A DNA stretch of 64,000 nucleotides from Acidobacteriota bacterium (lineage in GTDB: Bacteria > Acidobacteriota > UBA890 > WLXD01): positions 288,001-352,000 of the forward strand of contig CAXWPH010000012.1 of the NCBI GenBank assembly GCA_963666055.2. Reading direction: 5' to 3'. Below, piece after piece: positions 1 to 9,551 of the stretch. Position numbers and translations under genes: made by a program. Position 1 is the stretch's first letter; every line of letters starts with the position of its first letter. The notes under the pieces are model-generated. The model did no database searches and had not been told where the DNA came from. It saw only the letters and a list, made by a program, of their open reading frames with translations.

Positions 1-1390
1 GTGCCGAAGGTGAAGCTGTTGGCGGCCTCGAGAAAGAACTCACGCTGCTCGGGAAAGAACAGCGAAAAACGGGTCAGTTCACCTGCTGGGTGTCGGCCTC
101 GACCTCGGCAAAGTCGGTGTTCACCGTCAGGTTGGCGGTGAGGCTGGGGGTCAGCTGCACCTTGAAGACCGCGATGCCGATATCGCCCCTGCCATCAGAC
201 AGCGGATCGTCACGCTGCTGGAAGGAGTCGTAGCCGCCGGTCACGAAGGGCTTGAGGCGGAACCGATCGGTGAGCGCCAGGTTCTGCAGCCCGACGAGAT
301 TGCCGTATTGTGAAACGGCGCGCCAGTCGTAGTCGCGGCTCGTGTTGTTCCAGGTCATGCGCTCCTTGGTGCGTACAACCTCGCGCTCGAACTCGATACC
401 CCAGATGTTGCTTCCGGTGGCATACCGGAGGGCAGCGAACGGGATAGCGAGCTCGGCTTCCCAGCCGCGTTCGGTGATGCTCGCCGCGGCTTCCCAGTTC
501 TCGTCCCAGTTCATGTTGAACTGGCTCTCGTCACGCAGCGTGAAGTCAAACTTGGTGCCGAGCGCGTTGACTACAAAGCCGAAGGCGTTGCGATGGTCGT
601 GAAACGTGTCCAAGTAGACCACCGCCCAATCGTCCGCCGACGGGTATCTGTCGCGCCGCATCTCCGTGGCGACGATCTTGTCGGGCTCATCGTCGTGGTT
701 GATCCAGCCGATGTAGAGGGTGTCCTCGTCGTACAGGACGCGCACTTCGGTACGCTTTGTCGGCATCGATCCGGCGATGGGCTCCTTCTGGACGAAATCG
801 CTGACGACGTCGGCCAGCAGCCACGCTGCGTCGTCGATCCGGCCATCGAGAACGGGGGGCGTGTCCGTCCATGTCGCCGCGGCGCGTTTGCCATCGATAG
901 GCGGGTCGAGGGGCACTCCTGCGACAGCGCCGGTATCCCCGCCTCGCGCTACCGAATCCGCGAGGTCATCGAGGAACGAGGGTGGCGCTGCTCCGCTCTC
1001 CGGTAGCGACACACGATCCGCGCTCACCGAGAGGGGGCCGTTAGCGACAGCAGGCTGGAGGACACCTGCGGCAATGGCTCCACCGGGGCTTGCAATCGGC
1101 GCATTCGCTAGCGGTGCGCCCACTGCGGGCGGCAACTGCACTTGCCCCGTCTCGCCGGGTCGAACCATGCGTACCGGAATGCTGCGCCGCGGGCCCAGGC
1201 GCACAGCGCTCCCAGACTCGCCGGGGCGAACCAGGCGCACCGGAATCTGGCGTCGACGCCGATCTTGTTCCCGGCGCTCCTGCCCGGCAGCCATGGCCGA
1301 GCTGGCAAGTGCCAAGCAGACGGTGACGAGAGTCAACACTCGACAAAGGGTCGGACCGAGTTCCCCCCGCGCTTCCCGGGTTACACACAC
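1..1390 (-). CDS. DUF5916 / CBM9-like domain secreted protein; 3' end runs off the window, apparent 1-nt frameshift at ~76; start uncertain
   Basis: Signal-like LTLVTVCLALASSAMA; CBM9-like motifs PVLDGRIDD, TEVRVLYD, YLDTFHD, GWEAELAIPF; after the TGA at 74-76 the typical continuation TRFSLFFPEQREFFLE is present in another frame. Confidence 0.75.
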
Positions 1391-1602
1391 AGACTCGTCA
1401 CTCGTCGATCGTGGAGCCCCGCGAGGCTGCGAGTTGCTTGCGCGAAGCTGAACCTCCCAATCTAGCAGAGCGGGTGTGTCGGCGGTGGGTGGCCGGCGCC
1501 CTTGCCATCCCCACAAGGGCCAACCGCGGACACTACCCGCGTCGGGTTCAGAGCCGCGCCACACTAGATGCATGAAGCAGCGAGCGATAGGCTGCGCAGT
1601 GC

Positions 1603-2222
1603 ATGAGTTTGACAGGCAGTAGCAACCGACACCCGCTAGGCCGCGACGAACTGGATCGCATCGTCCGCGAGCACCGACTCTGGTTGGAGTCCGACCAGGT
1701 CGAGGGGGTGCGCGCAGCGCTCAACCGAACCGACTTGTCGAGCGCCGACCTTGCGGGAGCCGATCTATCGCGCGGCGACCTATCAGGCGCGCGACTTACC
1801 CGCGCCAATCTCGCAGGATGCAATCTCACTGCCGCCAACTTGGTTCAAGCGGACGTTTCCTGGGCCAACTTGTGCGAGGCAAACCTCTAGCGCGCACCGT
1901 GATCGTGGACGTCGACTTGGGCGCGGCGCGCGGTCTCGAGGACGTCGAGCACCTGGCGCCGTCGAGCCTCGCCACCGATACGCTAGTTCGCTCGCGCGGA
2001 GCGATCGCGTCGGCCTTTCTCAAAGGGTGCGGCCTGAGCGACGTAGATGTCGAAGCGGCCAAGCTCGCCCAGCCGGGCATTTCCACCGAAGACGTCACCG
2101 AGATCGCCTACAACATCATCAACCTCAAGACGGCCAGGCCGCTCGCCGTTGGGGGCTGCCTCCCGGGAAAGGGGCACCTCTCGGCCGATCGACGACCTGA
2201 CCCGGACGAGACGCACTCCTAG
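1603..2222 (+). pseudogene. Pentapeptide-repeat protein of the pentapeptide+TIR type, frameshifted at ~1888 and lacking the TIR domain
   Basis: A(D/N)Lxx repeats at 1720-1887; the second frame continues ARTVIVDVDLGAARGLEDVEHLAPSSLATDTLVRSRGAIASAFLKGCG, the linker typical of these proteins. Confidence 0.65.
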
Positions 2223-3984
2223 ATCGTCGTAAACCCTTCGGCCGGCCACACTTCCACCACCGCCTGCACGGCGACGCCGCGTCACGTTCGAAGATCACCC
2301 GCCCGTCGAGCACCGTCATGTCGACCTGGACCTGGTGGATCTCGGTCTCCAACACCTCGAAGAGGTTGCGCTCAAGCACCACTAGGTCGGCGAGCTTGCC
2401 GACGGCAATCGATCCACGCGCTTCCTCCTGCGACCAGAGGTAGGCACCGGTGATGGTATATGCGGCAATCGCCTGACCGAGTGTCAGGCGCTCTGCCGCG
2501 CCCCAGGCTTCATCCGGATTACCAGCGGCATCGCGACCACCCATGTGCCGGCGTGTCACAGCCGCCTCGATCCCTTCCATCGGCACGATGGGTGACACGC
2601 CCCAATCGGTTCCCCACACCAGGTGGGCGCCACTGCCCAGCAGCCCTTTATAGGCATAGATCTGTTGCGCGCGCTGGATGCCCAGCGATGGAACACCGGA
2701 CGTCGTATTCCAATCGTCGGCCCTTCCCCAGTGCGGCGTCATGTTGGCGATCACGCCAAGCTGGTAGAAGCGCGGCACGTCGGCCGGGTCGATCAGAGCG
2801 ATGTGCGTGATCGTGTGTCGTGGACCGTCGGGGCCATTTGCGGCTCGTGCCGCAGCGAGCCCGTCGAGCGCTCGCCGCACTCCCCGATCGCCGATCGCGT
2901 GAATCAAGACCTGGAAGCCTTCACGATCGAGCCGGGTCAAGAGCCGGGCGAGGCGCACCGGCTCGACAAACACCTCGCCCAGATCGCCGGGCCGTCCCTC
3001 ATACGAACGCAACAACCCGGCCGTCTCTCTGGCGAGCGTGCCGTCGAGGAAAATCTTGACGCAGGTGGCGCGCAATGAACCTGAGGGCAGCCGAGCACGA
3101 CGTGCGAGGAAATCGGCGGCCTGCTCCTCGTCGTCCATCTCCAGGCGGAACCGCTGGCAGAGCGTGGCGCGCACCGTGAGCTCGCCGGCCTCCGCCAGCT
3201 TGGAGAAGTCTGCTTCACTTTGCGCTGAGGAGGAGGCGTTGGTGATCGCCGTGATGCCGTTGCGCCTCATCAGACGCAACGCCGCGCGGTAACCATCGAG
3301 CCGGACGCGCTCACTGGGCTGGGGAACCTGCCGCAGCACCATAGCGAGGGCACTACCGAAGAGGGCCCCGGTGGGCTCGCCGCGCTCGTTGCGCGCGATA
3401 CGCCCGTTCGGCGGATCGGGAGTCGCTGCGGTGATCCCAACCGCCTGGAGGGCGCGCGAGTTGACCCAGATTGCCTGGCCACCGGCGCTCCGGAGAGCAG
3501 CTGGTCGGTCGCTCACTGCGCTGTCGAGCAGTTGGCGGCTCGGTAACCCCTGGGGGCCGAAAGCCCCCTCCTCCCAGCCCCCGCCCTGGATCCAGGCATG
3601 CTCCGGATGCGCTGCCGCATAGCGCTCGATCTTGGTGATCACTTCGCTGGATTCAAGAACCCCCTGTAGATCGATCTGTTGCAGACGCATTCCGGTGCCA
3701 GGATGCAGATGGGAGTCCTGAAACCCCGGCAGCAACATCCGGCCGTCGAGATCGATAACCCGCGTGTCCGGCCCCACGAAAGGCTCCACCCCGGCATCGT
3801 GTCCGACGTAGACAATCTTGTTTCCGTCCACCGCAACGGCCTCAGCCCAGCTCCGCGCCGCATCGACGCGGTATACGGCTCCGTTGTGGAGAACGAGGTC
3901 AGCGGCCTCAGGTGCCCGCACCGCAGCAGCCACCGCGCTCAGGCTCAGCAGCGCGACCAGCATGCCGCATTGGGCAATCCTCAT
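2125..3984 (-). CDS. Amidohydrolase 3 family (YtcJ-like) secreted metal-dependent hydrolase
   Basis: PGFQDSHLH, VKIFLDG, HAIGDRG, GTDW, GSIAVGKLADLVVL motifs; signal peptide; the last ~50 aa look like read-through. Confidence 0.9.
   Translation of the reverse strand: MRIAQCGMLVALLSLSAVAAAVRAPEAADLVLHNGAVYRVDAARSWAEAVAVDGNKIVYVGHDAGVEPFVGPDTRVIDLDGRMLLPGFQDSHLHPGTGMRLQQIDLQGVLESSEVITKIERYAAAHPEHAWIQGGGWEEGAFGPQGLPSRQLLDSAVSDRPAALRSAGGQAIWVNSRALQAVGITAATPDPPNGRIARNERGEPTGALFGSALAMVLRQVPQPSERVRLDGYRAALRLMRRNGITAITNASSSAQSEADFSKLAEAGELTVRATLCQRFRLEMDDEEQAADFLARRARLPSGSLRATCVKIFLDGTLARETAGLLRSYEGRPGDLGEVFVEPVRLARLLTRLDREGFQVLIHAIGDRGVRRALDGLAAARAANGPDGPRHTITHIALIDPADVPRFYQLGVIANMTPHWGRADDWNTTSGVPSLGIQRAQQIYAYKGLLGSGAHLVWGTDWGVSPIVPMEGIEAAVTRRHMGGRDAAGNPDEAWGAAERLTLGQAIAAYTITGAYLWSQEEARGSIAVGKLADLVVLERNLFEVLETEIHQVQVDMTVLDGRVIFERDAASPCRRWWKCGRPKGLRRSRSASRPGQVVDRPRGAPFPGGSPQRRAAWPS
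2246..2267 (-). repeat. Degenerate terminal remnant of MITE family A
   Basis: Reverse complement GCAGGCGGTGGTGGAAGTGTGG matches the MITE-A end CTAGCAGGCCGTGGTGGAAGTGTGG. Confidence 0.65.
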
Positions 3985-4001
3985 GTGATCGCTCCGTGTC
4001 T

Positions 4002-5081
4002 TCAGGAGTCGAACGCAGCCGCCAAGATCGAGGCAACGCTCGCCGGTGGAAGGTGGCTGCGAGCCGGGCGGTCTTGGTTGTCGAGAAAGCTCAACACCAC
4101 CGGGAAGCCTCGTCCCGCGAGGGTGGAAAACGGCGTCACCTCGTCTGCAATGCGCCAGCGGCCGGCGCCACTTTCCGCTTCCTCGAGCTCGAGCACGGCT
4201 TGGTCCAGCGGCCGATGACCATAGTAATAGCCATTCTTGCTGCCGCTAAACTCAAGGCCAGGCGCGCGCCAAGCTTCCGGCGTATCGGCCCACATGTACC
4301 CGGGGTAGTAGAGATCGTAGTGCCAGCCATCCACCGACTCGATCGACACCAACTGTACGCGGTCATGATCTCGCCGATTGCGGACCTGTGGCAGTAGCGG
4401 TATGGCCTCGCCTAGCGGAGCGTTGAAGGCTGGAACGCTGAGCGCTAACTCCCAGCTTTCCTGAGCGACCGAGCACGGTACATGAAAGTGCGTAAACCGC
4501 CGGTGTAGACCGCGCCGCACGATGACCCCCGACTCCACGAGGTCGAGTGAGCGGCGGAGAGCTGCCAGCCCCTCGCGTATCCCCGGATCGTCCTCATTGC
4601 TGTTGCCGATCAGCTCACGGGCCCGATCGAAGCACCGCTCGTAGATCTCCTGAACATCGACCTGGTGAGCCTGCAGGTTGTCCATCAGTAGTGTGAGCCC
4701 CTGAAAGAGGACCTGCGCCGGCTGCTCGCCCCAGCCCCAGAAATCGCCCATCTCGGCCGCCTGGACGATCGTCTGCCGCTCGGCGCGGGCGAGCGCCGCA
4801 TCAACGAGCGTGAAGATCGAGAGTACGCCGTCAACGTCCAGGTGGTTGTTAATCGCCAGGTCCCAGTCGTCGGTAGCGCGCTGCTCGATGAACTTCATAC
4901 AACAGCCCGTCGAGGTGTCGGCCTTGTACGTTGATGGCGTCTTGTTGGGTACCCAGTGGCTGAGCTCGATGTCCACGCCATCGCGAAAAGTGCTGTCCGA
5001 GTCGCCATCAGCGAAGATCGTCTTACGGCTGGCGGGGCGCTTCAACGCGCTGCCGACAATATAGAACCGAGGCGCTCCCAT
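4002..5081 (-). CDS. DUF6687-like protein (DHH-like putative hydrolase)
   Basis: ELSHW..N.TP, ADTST, NNHLDVDG motifs; ATG at 5081 just downstream of the lcdH stop. Confidence 0.65.
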   Translation of the reverse strand: MGAPRFYIVGSALKRPASRKTIFADGDSDSTFRDGVDIELSHWVPNKTPSTYKADTSTGCCMKFIEQRATDDWDLAINNHLDVDGVLSIFTLVDAALARAERQTIVQAAEMGDFWGWGEQPAQVLFQGLTLLMDNLQAHQVDVQEIYERCFDRARELIGNSNEDDPGIREGLAALRRSLDLVESGVIVRRGLHRRFTHFHVPCSVAQESWELALSVPAFNAPLGEAIPLLPQVRNRRDHDRVQLVSIESVDGWHYDLYYPGYMWADTPEAWRAPGLEFSGSKNGYYYGHRPLDQAVLELEEAESGAGRWRIADEVTPFSTLAGRGFPVVLSFLDNQDRPARSHLPPASVASILAAAFDS

Positions 5082-5092
5082 GTCGGCTTGTC

Positions 5093-6091
5093 CTACTCCT
5101 TTGCGCGCTCGCGCGACAGCACCGTCCCCGCACCGATGCCGTGCTTCTCGAGCACCTTCATCAGGTCCACCAGCACTTCGTCCCGTTTGGCCTCCCATTC
5201 CGCCACCGACCGACCGCCGGCCTGTTCCTCGCAACCCTCGATAAGCCGACGACTCATCTCGTCGGACCATTCCGGGAACCTCAGCTCCGTCCACGGAAGC
5301 TCCTCGGCCGGATCGAAGTGATCGAGGAAATGCCGCATTCCGCCCTCGCCGCCGGCGAGATGGTAGGTCAGGAACGGGCCCATGAACGCGTATCGTAGCC
5401 CGGCGGAAAATACGAGCGAATCATCGATCTCCCTGGTGCTGGCGATATCTTTGTCGATCAGGTGCAACGCCTCACGCCAGAGCGCCTCTTGCAGTCGGTC
5501 GCAGAGGTAGCCGTCAATCTCGCGCTTCAGCCGCAGCACATACATGCCGAGGGACTCGTAGAAAGTGCCGGCGAATCGCATCGCATCTTCCGACGTCTGC
5601 TCGCCGGGAACGACCTCGACGAGCGGTAGGAGATAGACCGGGTTGAACGGGTGGCCAATGAGCAACCGTTCGGGGTGCACGCATCGAGACTGCAGGCGCG
5701 TCGGCAAGAAACCGGAAGACGAGGAGGCGATAACAACGTCAGGGCGCGCCACAGCGTCGATCTTCGCGAACAGAGCGATCTTGAGATCTTCCCGCTCCGG
5801 GGCGGCTTCCTGTATCCAATCGGCGCGCGCCGCCATGTATTCGACGCTCTGTGTGAAGCTGAGGGTGCCGCGCTCGACGTGCTCGCGGTCCATGAGCTTC
5901 AGCATCGACGGCCAAGCGTTCTCGATGCTGGCGCGAAAGCGTTCCTCTGTGGCCGCTGCCGGGTCGTACGCCACCACGTCCAAGCCACGCGCTAGAGCGC
6001 GAGCGGCCCATCCGGCTCCGATCAGCCCGGCACCGGCAATACCGATAGTCCGGACCCTCTTCACTTCGGCCCGCCGAGTAGCAAGCCTCAC
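5093..6091 (-). CDS. lcdH: L-carnitine dehydrogenase (3-hydroxyacyl-CoA dehydrogenase family)
   Basis: [12 protein letters not shown] Rossmann motif, [51 protein letters not shown]; adjacent to a BKACE gene. Confidence 0.85.
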   Translation of the reverse strand: MRLATRRAEVKRVRTIGIAGAGLIGAGWAARALARGLDVVAYDPAAATEERFRASIENAWPSMLKLMDREHVERGTLSFTQSVEYMAARADWIQEAAPEREDLKIALFAKIDAVARPDVVIASSSSGFLPTRLQSRCVHPERLLIGHPFNPVYLLPLVEVVPGEQTSEDAMRFAGTFYESLGMYVLRLKREIDGYLCDRLQEALWREALHLIDKDIASTREIDDSLVFSAGLRYAFMGPFLTYHLAGGEGGMRHFLDHFDPAEELPWTELRFPEWSDEMSRRLIEGCEEQAGGRSVAEWEAKRDEVLVDLMKVLEKHGIGAGTVLSRERAKE

Positions 6092-6984
6092 CCGCCGCGC
6101 TGCTCGAGACCCAGGATATTTCGCGCCTCATCGGGCGAAGCGACCTTTGCACCGATCAGCTCGACGATCTGGATCGCACGCTCGGTGAGCGAGCCGTTCG
6201 AGGCGTACACCCCTTTCTCCAGATAGAGGTTGTCCTCCAGACCGACGCGTACGTGCCCCCCGAGCACAACCGCCTGGGCCACCATCGGCATCTCCCAGCG
6301 GCCGATTCCGAAGCCCGCCCAGACGCAGCCGTCGGGCAGCTGGCTCACCATATAGGTCATCGTCTGGGTGTTGACCGGGGCTCCCCATGGGATGCCCAGA
6401 CAAAGCTGGAACATCGGCGGATCCTCGACTAATCCTTCGGCACATAGCTGCTTCGCGAACCACAGGTTGCCGGAATCGAAGATCTCCATTTCCGGCTTCA
6501 CCCCGTACGAGCGGATCAGCTTGGCCTGCTCGCGCAGCTGAATAGGTGTTTGGATGACCACCGAGTGTGTGTCCCCGAAGTTGAGCGAGCCACAATCGAG
6601 CGTGCAGATCTCCGGGCGCAGCTCCGCCACATGCAGCAGCCGTTCAACCGGCCCGACCAGGTCGGTGAGCTCCTCGTCGAAATCCCGTGGGCGCTCCCCG
6701 TCGCCGATCATCAGGTCGCCGCCCATGCCGGCAGTGAGGTTGATGATCACGTCGGTATTCTGGGATCGAATGTGTTCCACGACCTGCCGATACAGGCCCA
6801 CGTCGCGCACGCCTCTGCGGGTCTCCACATCGCGCACGTGGCAATGAACGATAGCGGCCCCGGCATCGGCCGCCTGCAGCGCTGCATCGCCGATCTGCTG
6901 CGCAGTAACCGGGATCGCCGGGTGCTTGTCGACCGTGTCGCCGGACCCGGTGACGGCACACGTCACGATGACTTTCGAGTTCAT
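6088..6984 (-). CDS. cdhC: Beta-keto acid cleavage enzyme (BKACE/DUF849), likely 3-dehydrocarnitine cleavage enzyme
   Basis: [47 protein letters not shown]; overlaps the lcdH start. Confidence 0.85.
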   Translation of the reverse strand: MNSKVIVTCAVTGSGDTVDKHPAIPVTAQQIGDAALQAADAGAAIVHCHVRDVETRRGVRDVGLYRQVVEHIRSQNTDVIINLTAGMGGDLMIGDGERPRDFDEELTDLVGPVERLLHVAELRPEICTLDCGSLNFGDTHSVVIQTPIQLREQAKLIRSYGVKPEMEIFDSGNLWFAKQLCAEGLVEDPPMFQLCLGIPWGAPVNTQTMTYMVSQLPDGCVWAGFGIGRWEMPMVAQAVVLGGHVRVGLEDNLYLEKGVYASNGSLTERAIQIVELIGAKVASPDEARNILGLEQRGG

Positions 6985-7217
6985 GATCGCTCCCGGACCT
7001 AGCCTGCTGGCTGTCTCGTCGGTAATCTTCGCACCGAACCTAGCGTATCCCGAACAACCGTGGTGACGTGCCGCGCTTTCGACCGTGAAGGGTCGGCAAG
7101 TTGGCGCTCCTCTTTCAACCGGAGGGCTTGACCTGCTTGGAGAGACCCATGGCCATCGCGTCAGGCGCATCGTAAAGTTGCTGCGAGCTATTCTTGCCTA
7201 GGGAAACCGGAACACTC

Positions 7218-8171
7218 ATGAGACGAATTTCGAGACTAATCGTCGTTCTCGCTGTCACCATCCTGGTGGTCTCTGCCGTCTATTCGATCCCGGCCTCTGC
7301 GGCCGGCCCGGTGCCACAGCAGCCCACGCAGGAGCAACAGCAACAGCTCAAGCGGGCCCAGGAATACATCGACCAGGGTGAGCCGGAGTACGCTCTCGAG
7401 GTGCTTGAAGAGGTGCTCGAGGCGGATGACGCGCTGTGGACGGCCCACTATTTGAAGGGCATGGCACACGGGCAAAAGGGGGCTGAGAAGGACGCGCTGG
7501 CGTCGTTCATGGCCGCCGACGAGCGGCAGCCCGGGGTGCCCGACGTTTACTTCATGGCGGGGATCGCCTCCTTTGGCATCGGCGACTACGAGACCTGCTG
7601 GGAGCAAACGATCCTCGCGCATCAGGCGGGACGCGACATGACCAAGGAGATCGCCCAGCTCAGGGAGGTCGCCGACCCGCCGGACGATCTCGAGGAGAGA
7701 ATCAATGCGCCGCGCGTGCTGATGGGCCCGATGGACACCAGCGTCACCGAACAGAACGGTGCGATGGAATCGGCGCTCATGCAGGTTCAGGGAGAGCTGG
7801 CGATCGTTCAGCAACAGGTCGCGCGGGCGTTGCGCGACTCGCCCAACTTCGGCCTCGTACGCGCGCGCCAGCTCGCCGACTACATCGTGGTGGTGAATGT
7901 CGCCGACTACGGCGGTGCGGCCGGCGCCGGGCTACAGAACCGCGTCGGCGACGTGAATATCAACCTCGCGCGTCAGGATGGCCTGCGCCCTGGGGCAGGC
8001 AGGCACGAGCTCAAGGGTCTACTCGAGCTGGTGGATACGAAGACCAACGACATCGCCTTCTCCCTGCCAATGACGCTGACCGATATCACCTCGATCGGCG
8101 ACCTGACGCGAGACGTGCGACGCCGCGTCGACCTGCTCGAACGGTGGGCCCGGAACAACCGGGAGAACTAG
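7218..8171 (+). CDS. Secreted TPR-repeat protein
   Basis: Signal peptide followed by TPR-like helices (AHYLKGMAH, VYFMAGIAS). Confidence 0.7.
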   Translation: MRRISRLIVVLAVTILVVSAVYSIPASAAGPVPQQPTQEQQQQLKRAQEYIDQGEPEYALEVLEEVLEADDALWTAHYLKGMAHGQKGAEKDALASFMAADERQPGVPDVYFMAGIASFGIGDYETCWEQTILAHQAGRDMTKEIAQLREVADPPDDLEERINAPRVLMGPMDTSVTEQNGAMESALMQVQGELAIVQQQVARALRDSPNFGLVRARQLADYIVVVNVADYGGAAGAGLQNRVGDVNINLARQDGLRPGAGRHELKGLLELVDTKTNDIAFSLPMTLTDITSIGDLTRDVRRRVDLLERWARNNREN

Positions 8172-8185
8172 TGGCCTGTAACAGA
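8168..8185 (+). repeat. Terminal remnant of MITE family B overlapping a TAG stop
   Basis: CTAGTGGCCTGTAACAGA vs CTAGTGTCCTGTAACAGA at 14800. Confidence 0.7.
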
Positions 8186-8188
8186 TGA

Positions 8189-8377
8189 TCAGCTGACGCC
8201 GTATTCGGCTTGCGCACCCTGCCCCAGCCGTGATTCGACGACGGCAAGCCGGCGCTCGATCTGCTCCAGCTTGTGCAGGATGAGCACATGGGTCTTCTTG
8301 GCGTCGATGCCGACGGGACTGGCTGCGCTATCGATCAGTCCAGCAATACGCTCGTAGTCGTCCTTCGGGATTTCCAT
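8189..8377 (-). CDS. Small hypothetical protein (62 aa, C-terminal coiled coil)
   Basis: GGAGAG RBS before ATG; protein-like composition (SPVGIDAKKTH). Confidence 0.65.
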   Translation of the reverse strand: MEIPKDDYERIAGLIDSAASPVGIDAKKTHVLILHKLEQIERRLAVVESRLGQGAQAEYGVS

Positions 8378-8423
8378 ACGCTCTCCGACTCAGTCAAACG
8401 CGGGTTGGCGGCAGGAGGAAACC

Positions 8424-8762
8424 ATGTGTGAGTTGGCAACACGGAAATGCGAGGCGTGTCGGGTCGGCGCCCCGATGGTGACCGACGCGGAAGCGGCCGA
8501 GCTGCACCGACAGATACCGGCGTGGGAGCTCATCGAAGTGGATGATATCAAGCGCATCACCCGCACATTCCGATTCGGCAACTTCGCGGAGGCATTGGCG
8601 TTTACCAACCAGATAGGTTCGATCGCCGAGGAAGCAAACCACCACCCGATGCTGGTCACCGAATGGGGAAAAGTCAGTGTTACGTGGTGGACTCACAAGA
8701 TCCGCGGGCTGCACGTGAACGACTTCATCATGGCTGCGCGAGCCGACGCTCTCGCCGGATGA
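8424..8762 (+). CDS. phhB: Pterin-4-alpha-carbinolamine dehydratase
   Basis: CEAC N-terminus, AEEANHHP, WWTHKIRGLHVNDFIMAA; GGAGG RBS. Confidence 0.92.
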   Translation: MCELATRKCEACRVGAPMVTDAEAAELHRQIPAWELIEVDDIKRITRTFRFGNFAEALAFTNQIGSIAEEANHHPMLVTEWGKVSVTWWTHKIRGLHVNDFIMAARADALAG

Positions 8763-9193
8763 GCCTCACGGTACTATTCCTGTGTACCGGCAACTCGTGT
8801 CGCAGCCAGATGGCGGAGGGCTGGGCGCAGCACCTCAGACCCGACGACCTCGTACCTTACTCGGCCGGGATCAAGCCGCAGCATCTGGACCCGGACGCGG
8901 TGCTGATCATGCGCGAGGCGGGGATAGACATCTCTTCCAATCGCGCCAAACACGTCGATGAGCTCGCCGCGGTCGACTTCGACGCCGTCGTCACCGTCTG
9001 CGGGCATGACGAAGAGCACTGCCCAAGGTATCCGCGATCTACAATCGTGCGGCACTTCTACTTCGATGATCCGCCGAAGTTGGCAGCCGTCGCGTCATCG
9101 CGGCACGAAGCGCTGCAGCATTATCGGCGGGTTCGCGACGAGATTCGCGAGGTCGTAGCAATACTCCCTGAGATGCTTTCTGCGGCACGCTAG
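8759..9193 (+). CDS. arsC: Thioredoxin-type arsenate reductase (LMW-PTP fold)
   Basis: CTGNSCRSQMAEG P-loop, VTVC-x6-CP, FDDPP; ATGA overlap with phhB. Confidence 0.85.
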   Translation: MSLTVLFLCTGNSCRSQMAEGWAQHLRPDDLVPYSAGIKPQHLDPDAVLIMREAGIDISSNRAKHVDELAAVDFDAVVTVCGHDEEHCPRYPRSTIVRHFYFDDPPKLAAVASSRHEALQHYRRVRDEIREVVAILPEMLSAAR

Positions 9194-9551
9194 CAGGCCG
9201 TGGTGAAAGTGTGGTGGGTCTGGTTACGGCGAGTTGGGGCCAGATGCAAGGCGGCCTGACACAGGCGATGCCCTAGCAGGCCGTGGTGGAAGTGTGGCGG
9301 GCCTGGTTGCGGCGAGTTGGGGCCAGATGGAAGGCGGCCTGACACTGGCGATGCCCTGGCCATCGTCGAGAAAGGCCAACGTCGCAGATGGCCCCAAATC
9401 ACCGTAACCCTTTGGGCGACAGGGGGTTGCGCGCGTATGCTGCGTCGTTCCTCGTCAACGATGGGGTAACCGTCGCCTCCTCCTCTCTCCTTGCCTCCAC
9501 TTCGCAAGACCCTGTCGCCAGATCCACCACACTTTCACCACGGCCTGCTAG
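9190..9551. mobile_element. MITE family A: complete 279-bp copy (9273-9551) preceded by an 83-bp left end of another copy (9190-9272)
   Basis: ~34-bp terminal inverted repeats CTAGCAGGCCGTGGTG(A/G)AAGTGTGG...; CTAG at both ends; closely similar inverted copy at 55352-55630; no transposase. Confidence 0.85.

Noticed and set aside
8759-9193. Arsenic-resistance operon
   Set aside because: Lone arsC with no arsR or acr3/arsB
9190-9360. 83-bp tandem duplication as a possible CRISPR array
   Set aside because: Only two long units, no unique spacers and no cas genes; explained by nested MITE ends
9190-9507. ORF 9190-9507(-) and similar ORFs 55268-55630 and 55396-55596
   Set aside because: Chance reading frames across the non-coding MITE; no transposase motifs
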